64,000 bases of DNA. It comes from an uncultured Nitrospiraceae bacterium (GTDB lineage Bacteria > Nitrospirota > Thermodesulfovibrionia > Thermodesulfovibrionales > SM23-35). A program made the translations under genes and the position numbers. Positions 41,858 to 52,604 of the stretch are shown here, in pieces (position 1 is the first letter of the stretch; each line of letters begins with the position of its first letter). The notes under the pieces were generated by a model that searched no databases, was not told the origin of the DNA, and worked only from the letters and a program-made list of their open reading frames with translations. The stretch lies in NCBI GenBank assembly GCA_963727775.1, contig CAVSHB010000002.1:736001-800000 (forward strand). The letters are read 5' to 3'.

Positions 41858-42634
41858 TTATCGGGAATTAAATGAGGCTGCAAATTCTGCGCAGGTAACA
41901 AACTCTGCCTGATTTTTGAGCCATGTCAGATACGTTTCAAGCTTTGCCAGCATCTTATCGCCGCTCACACGTTTTACCAGCGCCGGCAGTTGCCATTTGC
42001 TCAAGTCGCTGAATTCCCATGGATGGAAAAAGATATTAAGATAACCGTCCGCCCCTAAGGTCCATCGAGACATTCTTTTCAGTATCCATAAAGGGCTGTT
42101 TTTAAAACTCAGCCAGAAGAAGGGATAGCGGATGAGAGGACTTGCTGAAACCGGCAGGTTCAACACGCCCCCGGAAAAATACGGAAGCCGCGGTTTTAAA
42201 AAGTGCATATATCTGCCGGGAAGCCATATCGGGTTTTCTGAAGAGCTGTAGGTATAACCTGCTGCGGCTATTTCCTTATGGTCAATCGGCCTAAACCGGG
42301 GGCTCCGGAACCCGTATACTTTCCTGCCGCTTAATTTTTCCAGTTCAAGACGCGAATCCAGCAAGTGGCTGGGCTGAAAGTCTGTATGGAAGAATCCATG
42401 GGAGGCCAATTCATGCCTGGCAAGTATCCGCTGCATGAGAGACGGCTGGTTATTGGCGAAATAAACAGTTGTAAAACAGGTTATCCTAATGTCCAATTTT
42501 TCTAAAAGGTCAAGCACCAACGCCAACCCCTCGCTTGTGACACGGATTTGGGTTGACGGGTCGACCTTTTGCCCATATTCTTCAGGGATGTCGAACTCCT
42601 CAACATCCAGACTCAATAACACCTTTTTAATCAT
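41858..42634 (-). CDS. Polysaccharide deacetylase family protein
   Basis: SLDVEE, HELASHG, GFRSP and FHPWEF motifs. Confidence 0.88.
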   Translation of the reverse strand: MIKKVLLSLDVEEFDIPEEYGQKVDPSTQIRVTSEGLALVLDLLEKLDIRITCFTTVYFANNQPSLMQRILARHELASHGFFHTDFQPSHLLDSRLELEKLSGRKVYGFRSPRFRPIDHKEIAAAGYTYSSSENPIWLPGRYMHFLKPRLPYFSGGVLNLPVSASPLIRYPFFWLSFKNSPLWILKRMSRWTLGADGYLNIFFHPWEFSDLSKWQLPALVKRVSGDKMLAKLETYLTWLKNQAEFVTCAEFAASFNSR

Positions 42635-43370
42635 AGCTTCCTGTAAAATTCCTCAAGCGGATAAGCAACAGATGAGAAAACATGATCAAAGAATCTTTTA
42701 TGAGTTTTAATTTTCCTTTCTTATAGCGATGTTTCTCGTTTTCTTGAGCAGCTATCTCGGCGATACCAAATCCGAATTTGTTTGCGAGGAAAAGGAGTTC
42801 AACGTCGAAAGCAAATCCCATAACAGCGAGTTTTTCAAAGATCCTCCGTGCCGCCTTAAAACGAAATCCCTTAACTCCGGCCTGGGTATCTCTGAACGGA
42901 AGGTCCAGCATACGCCTGACAAGACAGTTGAAGCACTCTCCCATAATCTGTCTCCTCAGACTGGATCTCTTTTTCCAGGAGGTAGTCAATTTGCGTGACC
43001 CTATTACCACATCATTTGTCTGCAATTTCTCCTCGATAAGCTTAAGGTGGTCCAGAGAATAGGCCATATCGGAATCGATGAAACAGAGCGCATCTGCCTC
43101 CGCCATTTCAAACCCGATTTTGACCGCATACCCTTTCCCCAGGTTTTTTTCGCAATGAAAAAAAGCGATGTTTGCCTGACTTTGTTTGTCCACTGCGGCT
43201 TTAAGTATTTCAGCGGTGCCGTCATCCGAGCCGTCGTCTACAAAAAGGAAATAGTAATGGGGATTTTCTGCGGCAAAAGCCTCCACGGAATCTATCATTT
43301 CCCCGATAATTCCACGCTCATTATAAATAGGTAAAATTACAGCTAATGAATTTATTTCTTTCTTTGGCAC
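42627..43370 (-). CDS. GT2 polyprenyl-phosphate glycosyltransferase
   Basis: PIYNE, VDDGSDD, DSD, DTQAGVK and FDVELL motifs. Confidence 0.88.
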   Translation of the reverse strand: MPKKEINSLAVILPIYNERGIIGEMIDSVEAFAAENPHYYFLFVDDGSDDGTAEILKAAVDKQSQANIAFFHCEKNLGKGYAVKIGFEMAEADALCFIDSDMAYSLDHLKLIEEKLQTNDVVIGSRKLTTSWKKRSSLRRQIMGECFNCLVRRMLDLPFRDTQAGVKGFRFKAARRIFEKLAVMGFAFDVELLFLANKFGFGIAEIAAQENEKHRYKKGKLKLIKDSLIMFSHLLLIRLRNFTGSYD

Positions 43371-43374
43371 GTTA

Positions 43375-44751
43375 TCACTTCTTTTGCATAATAGGGAAGT
43401 GAATATCCTCAGTCGCATTACGCAGCATAATAACGCTCCCCGCCCATAATAACAGTGTAGTCAGTAAAACAAGCCCGAAATCGCGCAAAAACCATAATAC
43501 CCCGCCGATTGCCGTCAATAAATGGCTCAGAACCAATAACCAGAACAGCGCCTTCCATCCAAAAGGTATGTTCGGATATGGATATCGGTCCCATATCATT
43601 GATAATAATACTGTTATCAATGGGAGAGCAATAGAGACGTAATGCGGAGAAAATACCGGACTGATGATGAGCATTGTCAGAAGCAAAGATCCGAGAAACA
43701 GGATCTCACGAGGGGTTTCATCGACTTTCCCTGCGAACCAGCGTGCAGAGGTCTTCCAGCCGGCGGCATATAAAGTAATAATCGTAAGCAGAACAGCGAT
43801 TCCCCAATGCGTTATGCGTACACCGGGCGCTGCCACGTTAGGCCGGGTTTTTACGTCGGGATACATAGCATTATGCATTATTACCATAGGCGCATTACTG
43901 TCCGTGCTCGTTATCCCTGTAAGCTCACCTGCCACGCGGCCTACTGATTTCCCGGTGATGCCCCCCAACAAAGTTTCATTGTAAAGCTCGTTATAGCCAT
44001 CAAGTACCCTATTGGGACCCATCGCTATCACAGGAATTATGATCAGCCCGAATACCAAACCGATTAAGCTCCCCGACAACATCCGCCAATCACGCCGCCA
44101 GGCAGGCAATAACAGCAGAAACGCGGGGATTATTTTTATACAGGCTGCAACAGAAAGCCACATGCCGGCACGGAGTCTTCTGCGATGTAATATTGATGCT
44201 GCTGTAGCGCAAAGAGTAAAGACCAAAAGCATGTCCACCTGACCGCGCATCTGTGCTCGACCGATAGCCGGCAACAGGACCAAAACCGGCAGTATCCGTA
44301 ACGCCCACCATCGCCGGCAAAACACCGGTTGCTCCCGTATCGCCGGATCTCCGGAAGTTTCTTCCAAGGCCTTTGCAAGGCTGTGGACACCATAAAAGCC
44401 TATTGCGAGCGTCAACACATACCAGATACCTACCGATAATTCATATGGTAAATAGCCGTAACGGCTCACGCCGCGCGGCGGATCGGCCAGCGGGGCCATA
44501 CTGACGGCGAATACCGGCGGATAGACATAATGCCATCCTCTATTGTCGGGGATCTTGTAAATATTGTCTCCGGAGCGCACAGCCCAGGCGGCTCTCAGAT
44601 AAACTCCCAGGTCGGTTCTGCGCACCCTATCAGCCATTCCCGAACCCCTGAATTCAACCCATACGCCGAAAGCAATGCACAGTAACAGGAGTAAACATAT
44701 CCCGGTCTTCTGTGCTCTATTCAAAGGCTCTGAAGCATGCATGTATTTCAT
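43375..44751 (-). CDS. GT-C membrane glycosyltransferase (GT87/DUF2029-like)
   Basis: DLGVY, YVYPP, GQVD and IKIIP motifs; multiple hydrophobic segments. Confidence 0.8.
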   Translation of the reverse strand: MKYMHASEPLNRAQKTGICLLLLLCIAFGVWVEFRGSGMADRVRRTDLGVYLRAAWAVRSGDNIYKIPDNRGWHYVYPPVFAVSMAPLADPPRGVSRYGYLPYELSVGIWYVLTLAIGFYGVHSLAKALEETSGDPAIREQPVFCRRWWALRILPVLVLLPAIGRAQMRGQVDMLLVFTLCATAASILHRRRLRAGMWLSVAACIKIIPAFLLLLPAWRRDWRMLSGSLIGLVFGLIIIPVIAMGPNRVLDGYNELYNETLLGGITGKSVGRVAGELTGITSTDSNAPMVIMHNAMYPDVKTRPNVAAPGVRITHWGIAVLLTIITLYAAGWKTSARWFAGKVDETPREILFLGSLLLTMLIISPVFSPHYVSIALPLITVLLSMIWDRYPYPNIPFGWKALFWLLVLSHLLTAIGGVLWFLRDFGLVLLTTLLLWAGSVIMLRNATEDIHFPIMQKK

Positions 44752-44987
44752 TCCAGGGTAATATTAGTGTTGTTCACTTCTTTAGAGATTAAGGCGTCTA
44801 AAACCGCCTCAAGTCCTGACCTGATAGGGCAGATTTCTCGCACTAAACAAGTGAATTATATTATACCGGTAAGGGTTATATCTTGGGTACTAAGAAATTT
44901 GTTCTATAAAAACTAATGTATTTAAAAATGAGCAGGATTTCCGATGAATTTATAAGCTTATTTCCCGCGCATAAAATTCATTAATTC

Positions 44988-45125
44988 CCATACCCCGCCG
45001 TCTCTGCGGCGGGCACCTTACGTCGTCGGGGTGCAGGGCGTCGGAGCGAAGCGCAGACCCTTGCCGACCCGCGGGGTCTAATACCCCGTGGTGTCGTGCC
45101 GAGCAAAGCGAGGTTTAGTTTATTC
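44988..45125 (+). repeat. 138-bp multi-hairpin element, copy 2
   Basis: Identical to 32812-32949; overlaps the stop codon of the next gene. Confidence 0.95.
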
Positions 45126-45684
45126 CGCCCGGCATGGCGGGCATCTGCATTTTCTGGTATCCGGCAGGGACCTCAAAAAGGCTGTTGGGCTGCGGACCCA
45201 TTTTGATGTTCCTGAATTCCTGGGACCATGATCCGTCTATTGCCGCCGTCTTTACAGGGAAGTTTATGTCGGTAGCCATCCACTGATAAACCTGATCTGT
45301 TTTGTTGCCGATTTTATAGGTAATAAGATATTTTTTTGTCGGATGTCCGTCTATTGTCTCGGCGCCGACCTGTTTTCTTTCGATCTCGCCCTCAAATTTT
45401 TCGTCTACCTTCGGTTTATTTTTCAGGTCGAAAGGCATTTCCATATACATCTTTTCTTTAGGCATTATGTTCCATGCGACCTTTTTGTCCACCCTCGTTA
45501 TCACAACCATATCTTCATGTACCTTCATATCCATTCTGAACCTGTCGGGTTTAAAATAAACTTTACCCGTCATCTTCTCCCCGTTTTTTTGTGTTATGAT
45601 GGAGTCTGCCGAGAATTCAATTGCCTGGACGGTTCCTGCAAATAGAAAGACAACCAGTAAAATAAAAGCAATTTTCTTGAACAT
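45115..45684 (-). CDS. Exported DUF4412-like protein
   Basis: Signal peptide; EFSAD, ETIDGH and LFEVPAGY motifs. Confidence 0.8.
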   Translation of the reverse strand: MFKKIAFILLVVFLFAGTVQAIEFSADSIITQKNGEKMTGKVYFKPDRFRMDMKVHEDMVVITRVDKKVAWNIMPKEKMYMEMPFDLKNKPKVDEKFEGEIERKQVGAETIDGHPTKKYLITYKIGNKTDQVYQWMATDINFPVKTAAIDGSWSQEFRNIKMGPQPNSLFEVPAGYQKMQMPAMPGGIN

Positions 45685-45835
45685 TATGGATTTATATCCC
45701 CCCTATTATTGGAAATTATTCGTATGCATATGATTCTGCGAATTCTGAAATTTTAAGGCCTAATAAATATTTTGTCAATTGCAGGTCGACTTTATAACAG
45801 ACTCTATTTAAAATATAGGACAATAATACTGTGTT

Positions 45836-48800
45836 ATGAAAAATACCGTTGGTTTGAAAAGAGTTTTATATCTCCTGCTTTTGGCAGTTATTGCCGGGTT
45901 GACTATACTCATTTCTAAAAGCACACAAATATCCGACACTCTGAAAAGTCTTTTGATTCCTGAATTGCAGGAAGCGTCAGGACAGAGAGTCGATATCCGG
46001 AGCATTTCTGCAAACCTGTTCCCGCTATTTATAGAGGCAAAAGGGGTAAAGGTTTTCGATGGATCAGGAAAAAATATCCTCACGGTGAAAAGGGCCAAGG
46101 GGTATATAGGACTTTCGGGAATTTTAAGCAGGCATATTTCTCTCCGTAGGCTTGTGATAGATGAACCTGAGATATCGACAAACAGGCAACAGCTTGAGGA
46201 GATGATCAAAAGCGTTAAGAGATATCTGGAAAAAGAAAAAAAGACGGCGTTCAAGGTCAAAGTGAAGGTTATCGAGATTATCAAAGGCGCGGTCGATCTG
46301 AGAGACGATGATTCAAGGAGCGCGGTGGACATGAAGGGGGTTGCGGGTGAATTGGTCCTCGGAGAAAATCAGAAGATCAAAATGTCCGTAACAAAGCTGA
46401 AGCTGGATAAAGAAGGCTGGCCGAAGATTATGTGTAATGTGAATGGTTTTTTGGTTTTGAAAGATGACAGGATAGAGATAAAGCTGCTCGAAATCGGTTC
46501 TTACGGGTCAGGTGTTAAAAGTGAAGGATCGTATTCAAAGGGCAGCGGGACCCTGAAAACCGAGTTCGTCCTCCTTGTCGATTCCGTTAAGCGCATGTTT
46601 AATCTCGGACAAAAGGGGGAGGGAAAGATTTCTGCAAAAGGCGAAATAAGGCTTGGGAAAACCGGGGGCGCGGGACCTTTACTCCGGTCCCAGGCTGCCG
46701 GGATTGATCTTAAAGCGCTTAAAAATTTATTTATCGATATGAAACTTGGCGGTAATTTTTATATACAGACACTTATGGAACTTTTGAACGTTAAAGAAAA
46801 GATAGAGGGGCTTATTGATTTTCGCGGCGAGATAAAGGGATATCTTTCCGACATTTCCGGAAAGGCAGGGGCAAGGCTTCGGAATGGAAATCTTTTTGGG
46901 GTTGACGTTGATTCACTGAAATGCGATATCCTCTATCAAAACGGCATAATGAAATTTGAGAATGCCTCGGGACAGCTCTATAACGGCACGGCTAACGCCG
47001 TTGCATCGCTAAAACTTCCGGTAGTCGACTTTTTCACAGTGGGCGTAAAGTTCCATTCAATCGACAGCAAGCCCGCCCTCAGACTTATCGGATGGGAACC
47101 TGAAATCCCTTACGGGAAGGTTGACGGAGAGCTGTCGACGTCGGGCAGGGAATTTAATCCGAGCGGTTGGTTTGCATACAAAGCTCTCAGCGCTGAACAG
47201 AGGGCAAGGATGAAGGGTTATAAACCGCAGGTTGATGATTTTCTAAACAGGATAAGGGACATTAAGGGGAACTATTCCCTGAACGGGAACAACCTTTCGC
47301 TCTCGAACCTGCAATTAAGCACATCTGTTTCAAGTATTGCAGCAGGCGGCGCTGTGGACATTGCAAATAAGACGCTTAATCTGAAAAGCAGGCTGCTTAC
47401 GGGAGACATCTCTGATCTGGCGTCGCCGTATTACAGAGACGCCAAAGGCAGCGGGGAATTTTCAGGGGAGATAGCCGGTACATTTGATAATCCTAAGATA
47501 ACCGGGAAAGCCGTCTTATCGAATACCTCGATTGAAGGGTATAGGACAGACAGTATTACGTCGGACTTTACATATCAAAAGAATCTTCTCGATATGCGCG
47601 AGTCTCTTTTTAAGTCTGCCGGGGAAGAGCACAGGATGAAGGGCAGGATATCCTTCCCTGAGGCAAAAGAGCTTTTTGAGTTATCTAATCCGGTTTATGA
47701 CCTATCGGCCACGATCAAGAATGCTGAGTTCGGACAGTTTGTCAGGATATTTTATAAAGACTTCATGGGCAAAGGTAGGATGAATGCCGACATAAAAATC
47801 AGAGGGAAGAATAAGGGGCCGGATGTTTCGGGGAAGGCCGTCATAGAAAAAGCGGCTGTCTATGATATGCCTTTTGATTCCGCGTCAACAACATTCGACT
47901 ATATGAAAAATGAACTTTTATTGAAAAATGTTAAAATCCTGAAAGGCAGATCCATTCTGACCGGAGAAGGCAGTATCTCCCTCGATAAAAAGTTTTCCTA
48001 TAGTGTATCTTCTGAAAAAGTTTTTATCAAAGACCTTGGCCTTGAGTACATGCCTGACGACACAGTTTTAAGCCTGCAATCGGAAGGGCATGGCACTTTT
48101 GATAACCCTGCCGTTACAGTGAATGCCAGGATTTCAGGCGGCACATTTAAGGGAAGGAATATGGGCAGCGGGACAGTCAGCGCTACTATTCAGAACAGGG
48201 ACATCTCACTTAATGCCGCCCTATTCAATGAGAGAGTGAAGCTTAAGGGAAAGGGGCGGCTTGACGACAAATTGCCGTGGTCCGCCGAGCTCCTGATACA
48301 GCCCGGCAAATATGATTTCCTTGTCAGTTCATTCCTGAAGGATGTCCCGGAAGACCTGCAACTCAACCTCGAAGGCCGGGTCGATTTGAAAGGGGACAGA
48401 AAAGATATCGCTGCGACAGGGAATATGTCCCATCTGACACTATCGCTTTTCGGCCAAACCTTATCTAATGACTCGAATATAGTTTTTTCACTGAACAACA
48501 GAAAACTTTCATTTACGACGTTTACGATTAAAAGCGGCACAGCTTCATTCAGGCTTCAGGGAGGTATGGAAATCGGCAAAGAATACGACATTACCCTCGA
48601 CGGCAGCTCTTCTCTGTCGCCGCTGAAGGTCCTTTCGAAGAAGATAGGATATCTTAAAGGGGATTCCGATTTTGTATTTCAGATTAAGGGGAAATGGGAA
48701 AAGCCCGAAATCAACGGAGGCATGAATGTAACGAACGCCTCTTTCGGCCTCAGAGACTATACTACTTATATCACTTCGATAAACGGTTATCTCTATACAG

Positions 48801-49864
48801 ACGGTGACAGGATAGTGCTTGAGAAGCTTTCAGGTAAAGTCGGAGGGGGTAATATAAATATATCGGGGGTTGTATATTTTAAGACATTCCTCATAAATAG
48901 ATACTACCTCGACGTCAAGCTCGATGACGTCACCGCTGCTGTTTCAAAAGATTCCCATGTCAATTTTAACGGCAACTTCTTGTACAGGGGCACGCCGGAT
49001 GCGATGAATATTACCGGCGACATAAAGATAAACAGGGCAAGGTACAAAGATATGGTGGATTGGAGGACATGGCTCTTCGCTCCGAAGGCTGTTGAGAAGC
49101 CGAAAGCGGAAGTGTCTGCTTTTGAAAGGGCCGAAATTAATATAAAAATTTCAGGCAGTGAGAATATCTTCATCGATAATAATATTGCCCGCGCACCGGT
49201 GAAGATAAGCGGAGACATGTTGGTGAAGGGTACTATTTCCAAGCCGATAATCTTCGGGAGGTTCGAGTCGACCGAGGGGTACGCATATTTCAGGAATATA
49301 GAATTTAAAATAATATTCGCCGGCGTCGATTTTATAGATCCGAACAGGATCAAGCCTGCTATAAATCTTACCGCTGAGACCGTTATAACTGGATATACCA
49401 TAAGATTGAATCTCGAAGGCCAGATGGACCGGTTCACTTTATCTCTGTCTTCGGACCCGCATCTTGAGGAGGGAGATATTTTGACCCTTCTGTCGGGCGG
49501 TCAGGTAGGAAAACAACTTAAAGGTCAGCAAGGAGGTATCGGCGCCGGACAGGCGGCGTCATTCCTTACTGGCAAGCTGCAGGATGTCGTCGAAGAACGG
49601 CTGAGAACGATAACAGGGCTGGACAGGTTTCAGGTAGAACCTTATGTTTCCAGTACCACAGGCACGGTTAGCCCGAGAGTCACCGTATCAAAGCGGCTCA
49701 TAGGCGAAAATCTGTTCGTGACTTACGCTACTTTAATGGGCACCACTGAAGAACAGGTTCTTAAGGTCGAATACCTTATTAGCAGGAATCTATCGCTGGT
49801 AGGGGTCAGGGATGAACAGGGAATCCTGGGAGGCGATGTAAGGTTCAGATTCGAATTCAAATGA
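45836..49864 (+). CDS. TamB/AsmA-like translocation and assembly protein
   Basis: N-terminal anchor, long beta-repeat body, C-terminal LSSDP...RFRFEF. Confidence 0.85.
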   Translation: MKNTVGLKRVLYLLLLAVIAGLTILISKSTQISDTLKSLLIPELQEASGQRVDIRSISANLFPLFIEAKGVKVFDGSGKNILTVKRAKGYIGLSGILSRHISLRRLVIDEPEISTNRQQLEEMIKSVKRYLEKEKKTAFKVKVKVIEIIKGAVDLRDDDSRSAVDMKGVAGELVLGENQKIKMSVTKLKLDKEGWPKIMCNVNGFLVLKDDRIEIKLLEIGSYGSGVKSEGSYSKGSGTLKTEFVLLVDSVKRMFNLGQKGEGKISAKGEIRLGKTGGAGPLLRSQAAGIDLKALKNLFIDMKLGGNFYIQTLMELLNVKEKIEGLIDFRGEIKGYLSDISGKAGARLRNGNLFGVDVDSLKCDILYQNGIMKFENASGQLYNGTANAVASLKLPVVDFFTVGVKFHSIDSKPALRLIGWEPEIPYGKVDGELSTSGREFNPSGWFAYKALSAEQRARMKGYKPQVDDFLNRIRDIKGNYSLNGNNLSLSNLQLSTSVSSIAAGGAVDIANKTLNLKSRLLTGDISDLASPYYRDAKGSGEFSGEIAGTFDNPKITGKAVLSNTSIEGYRTDSITSDFTYQKNLLDMRESLFKSAGEEHRMKGRISFPEAKELFELSNPVYDLSATIKNAEFGQFVRIFYKDFMGKGRMNADIKIRGKNKGPDVSGKAVIEKAAVYDMPFDSASTTFDYMKNELLLKNVKILKGRSILTGEGSISLDKKFSYSVSSEKVFIKDLGLEYMPDDTVLSLQSEGHGTFDNPAVTVNARISGGTFKGRNMGSGTVSATIQNRDISLNAALFNERVKLKGKGRLDDKLPWSAELLIQPGKYDFLVSSFLKDVPEDLQLNLEGRVDLKGDRKDIAATGNMSHLTLSLFGQTLSNDSNIVFSLNNRKLSFTTFTIKSGTASFRLQGGMEIGKEYDITLDGSSSLSPLKVLSKKIGYLKGDSDFVFQIKGKWEKPEINGGMNVTNASFGLRDYTTYITSINGYLYTDGDRIVLEKLSGKVGGGNINISGVVYFKTFLINRYYLDVKLDDVTAAVSKDSHVNFNGNFLYRGTPDAMNITGDIKINRARYKDMVDWRTWLFAPKAVEKPKAEVSAFERAEINIKISGSENIFIDNNIARAPVKISGDMLVKGTISKPIIFGRFESTEGYAYFRNIEFKIIFAGVDFIDPNRIKPAINLTAETVITGYTIRLNLEGQMDRFTLSLSSDPHLEEGDILTLLSGGQVGKQLKGQQGGIGAGQAASFLTGKLQDVVEERLRTITGLDRFQVEPYVSSTTGTVSPRVTVSKRLIGENLFVTYATLMGTTEEQVLKVEYLISRNLSLVGVRDEQGILGGDVRFRFEFK

Positions 49865-52587
49865 AAAAAACGGAGACGAGAAACAGCCTTTGGAAAGACC
49901 GCAGAGTAATATATTTTACATTTATTTCATGCTGTCTGCTTTTTGCTGTCTGCTGTTGGCCGGTTGTTTCTCCTGATGTATCGGCTTCCGTAGTCGGTGA
50001 GATAGAAATTAAAGGTCTTTCTTCGATGGGCAACGATGAACTCCTCTATCTTCTCGATCTCAACCCCGGAAAGACAATAGATGCCGAACGTGTCAAGCTG
50101 GGGATAAAAAGGGCTTTCTTGACCGGAATATTCGAGGACATTACGGTTGAGACCACGGACGGAGAAAAATCTAAAGTAGTGATTAACATAAAGGAGAGGG
50201 ATTTTATAAAAAATATTTATGTGAAAGGGGAACATGCCCTTTCTAAAGGGACGATAAAGGAATTGTTTCCATTGAAAGAAGGACAGGAGTTGTCCTGTGA
50301 TATGCTCGAAAAAGCTGTAAGGGATCTGCGCCACAAGATTGAAATTCGCGGTTACCCGCACGTTGAGATCAAACCCGAAGTTGAACATTTAAAAGAGCCT
50401 AACAGGGTCAATATATATCTCCGGGTAGATACCGGAGAACCCCTGAGGATTAGAAAGATTGAAATCACCGGAGCAAAAGGTGATATCAGGCATGTAATGA
50501 AATTATCTGAAGGAGATGTATTCGACCGGACGCTTATGGAGAAGGATATGGAGCGGATAAAGGCTTACTACAAGGACAAAAAATATTTCAGGCCTGTAAT
50601 CGGGCCTTATACCTTCACCGGCGGAACACTCTCTCTGCAGGTCGAAACCGGCAGGCGCCTGGATACTTCCATCGAAGGCAATGATCATGTCTCCATGAGC
50701 AGGCTGTCAAAAGAGCTGCCTTTCTTCGATGCTGAGGATTTCAGCGATGATATTGTGGAAGAGGCGGTGCAGAGAATCTTGTCTGTTTACCATGCGGAGG
50801 GATACCCCTTTGCACAGATCGCTCCTGTCACAACCTCGGAAGATGACCTTATCATTGTCAATTTTTTTGTGTTTGAAGGCGTCCGGGTCGCTGTAGGTAA
50901 AATCACCTTTACCGGAAATACCCTGTCGGATAAGAATCTTAAAGGAATAATGTCCTTAAAAGAGGGCAAGATATATAATCCCAATTTTATCGATTCGGAC
51001 AGAGAGACACTGAAGAATTTTTATGGTTCCCTCGGTTACCTGTCTTCTGCAGTTGAGGAGCTTCAGACAAAATACGAAGAGGGTTCTAATAAAATAAATA
51101 TATCTGTGACTATACACGAAGGCCCAAAAACATTGATTGACCGTGTAACCATCAACGGAGCAAAACTCATCGCGGGAGAAGAATTAAGCAAGATTATCAG
51201 GATTAAGCAGGGAGACGTATATAACGAGGTTGATATTTCCGATGCGCGATACAGGGCAATTGAGTTTTATAACAACAAAGGGTTCCCTGATGCCACTGTG
51301 TCCGTAACCAGAGAAATCGACGGGCAGAAGGCCAACATAACGTTTCATATTAATGAGGGGGCGCTGACATTATTCGGTAAAGCCATAGTTACCGGCAACC
51401 GCGCGACAAAATATACGGTGGTACAAAGGGAATTGATGCAGGAAGAAGATAAACCGTTCGATTTGAGCGCCCTCGCAAAGGAGAGACAAAAGCTGTATAA
51501 ATTGGGACTGTTCACCGATATTAATATGGAAGCGCTCGATAAGCATGACGACAAGAAGGATGTCCTGATAAAGCTGAGAGAGGGAAATGCAGGGTCAGTT
51601 GAACTCGGCGTGGGATACGGTGAATACGAGCAGTATCGGGGCATGATAGATGTAAGCTACAGGAATCTCATGGGCATGAACAGGCAGGCTTCATTAAGAC
51701 TTGAATTCAGCTCTCTCGAAAAGCGTTATATACTGCAGTATTTCGAGCCCTGGTTTTTGGGGACTCCTTTGCCGTTCAGGGTATCACTACTTGGAGAAGA
51801 TAAAAAGGAAATAAATGTGGACACAGGAGAAACCCTGTACAGGTTGACGAGACAGACCCTGTCTGCAGGCTTCGAAAAAAAGCTCAGTGATGTGGTAAAG
51901 TCTGAACTGTATTATGATTTCTCAGTTGTGAACACCTTTGACGTCCAGCCGGATGTTATATTGAGCAGGGAAGACACCGGCACACTTATTATAAGCGGAC
52001 TGCGGCTGGGCCTCATTTACGACACAAGGGACAATCCTTTTTCTCCCGAGAGAGGAATCCTTTCCGGGATTAGCCTAAAACTCACGTCTCCAGTTTTCGC
52101 GTCGGAGACCGATTTTGCAAAACTCTCCTTCTACGGCAATGTTTATCATAAAATTGTACCAGGAGTAGTCCTTGCAGCATCAATTAGAGGAGGAATCGCA
52201 CAGGGCTATTATAATACGAATGCACTGCCGATCGTGGAAAGGTTTTTCCTTGGTGGGAGAACTACTGTCAGAGGTTATGACCAGGATACCCTTGGCCCCA
52301 AGGGCACTGACGGAAACCCCACTGGAGGGAACGCCTATCTTATGGAAAATCTCGAAATAAGGACATCTTTGGGTAAAGGATTAGGGGTGGTGACCTTCCT
52401 TGACGGGGGTAATGTCTGGCTGAAAATCGACCAAATTAACCCCGCGTATTTCAAATTTACGACCGGCTTGGGGTTAAGGTATGACACTCCTGTCGGACCT
52501 ATCCGGGTAGATTATGGATTCAAACTCCAAAAAGAAAAAGGCGAAAGCAGCGGCGTACTACACTTCAGCATAGGCCATGCATTTTAA
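49861..52587 (+). CDS. Omp85 family (BamA/TamA-like) outer membrane protein
   Basis: POTRA repeats; VRGY, TPVGPIRVDYG and C-terminal HFSIGHAF. Confidence 0.9.
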   Translation: MKKTETRNSLWKDRRVIYFTFISCCLLFAVCCWPVVSPDVSASVVGEIEIKGLSSMGNDELLYLLDLNPGKTIDAERVKLGIKRAFLTGIFEDITVETTDGEKSKVVINIKERDFIKNIYVKGEHALSKGTIKELFPLKEGQELSCDMLEKAVRDLRHKIEIRGYPHVEIKPEVEHLKEPNRVNIYLRVDTGEPLRIRKIEITGAKGDIRHVMKLSEGDVFDRTLMEKDMERIKAYYKDKKYFRPVIGPYTFTGGTLSLQVETGRRLDTSIEGNDHVSMSRLSKELPFFDAEDFSDDIVEEAVQRILSVYHAEGYPFAQIAPVTTSEDDLIIVNFFVFEGVRVAVGKITFTGNTLSDKNLKGIMSLKEGKIYNPNFIDSDRETLKNFYGSLGYLSSAVEELQTKYEEGSNKINISVTIHEGPKTLIDRVTINGAKLIAGEELSKIIRIKQGDVYNEVDISDARYRAIEFYNNKGFPDATVSVTREIDGQKANITFHINEGALTLFGKAIVTGNRATKYTVVQRELMQEEDKPFDLSALAKERQKLYKLGLFTDINMEALDKHDDKKDVLIKLREGNAGSVELGVGYGEYEQYRGMIDVSYRNLMGMNRQASLRLEFSSLEKRYILQYFEPWFLGTPLPFRVSLLGEDKKEINVDTGETLYRLTRQTLSAGFEKKLSDVVKSELYYDFSVVNTFDVQPDVILSREDTGTLIISGLRLGLIYDTRDNPFSPERGILSGISLKLTSPVFASETDFAKLSFYGNVYHKIVPGVVLAASIRGGIAQGYYNTNALPIVERFFLGGRTTVRGYDQDTLGPKGTDGNPTGGNAYLMENLEIRTSLGKGLGVVTFLDGGNVWLKIDQINPAYFKFTTGLGLRYDTPVGPIRVDYGFKLQKEKGESSGVLHFSIGHAF

Positions 52588-52604
52588 GAAAGCGGGAATA
52601 AAGA

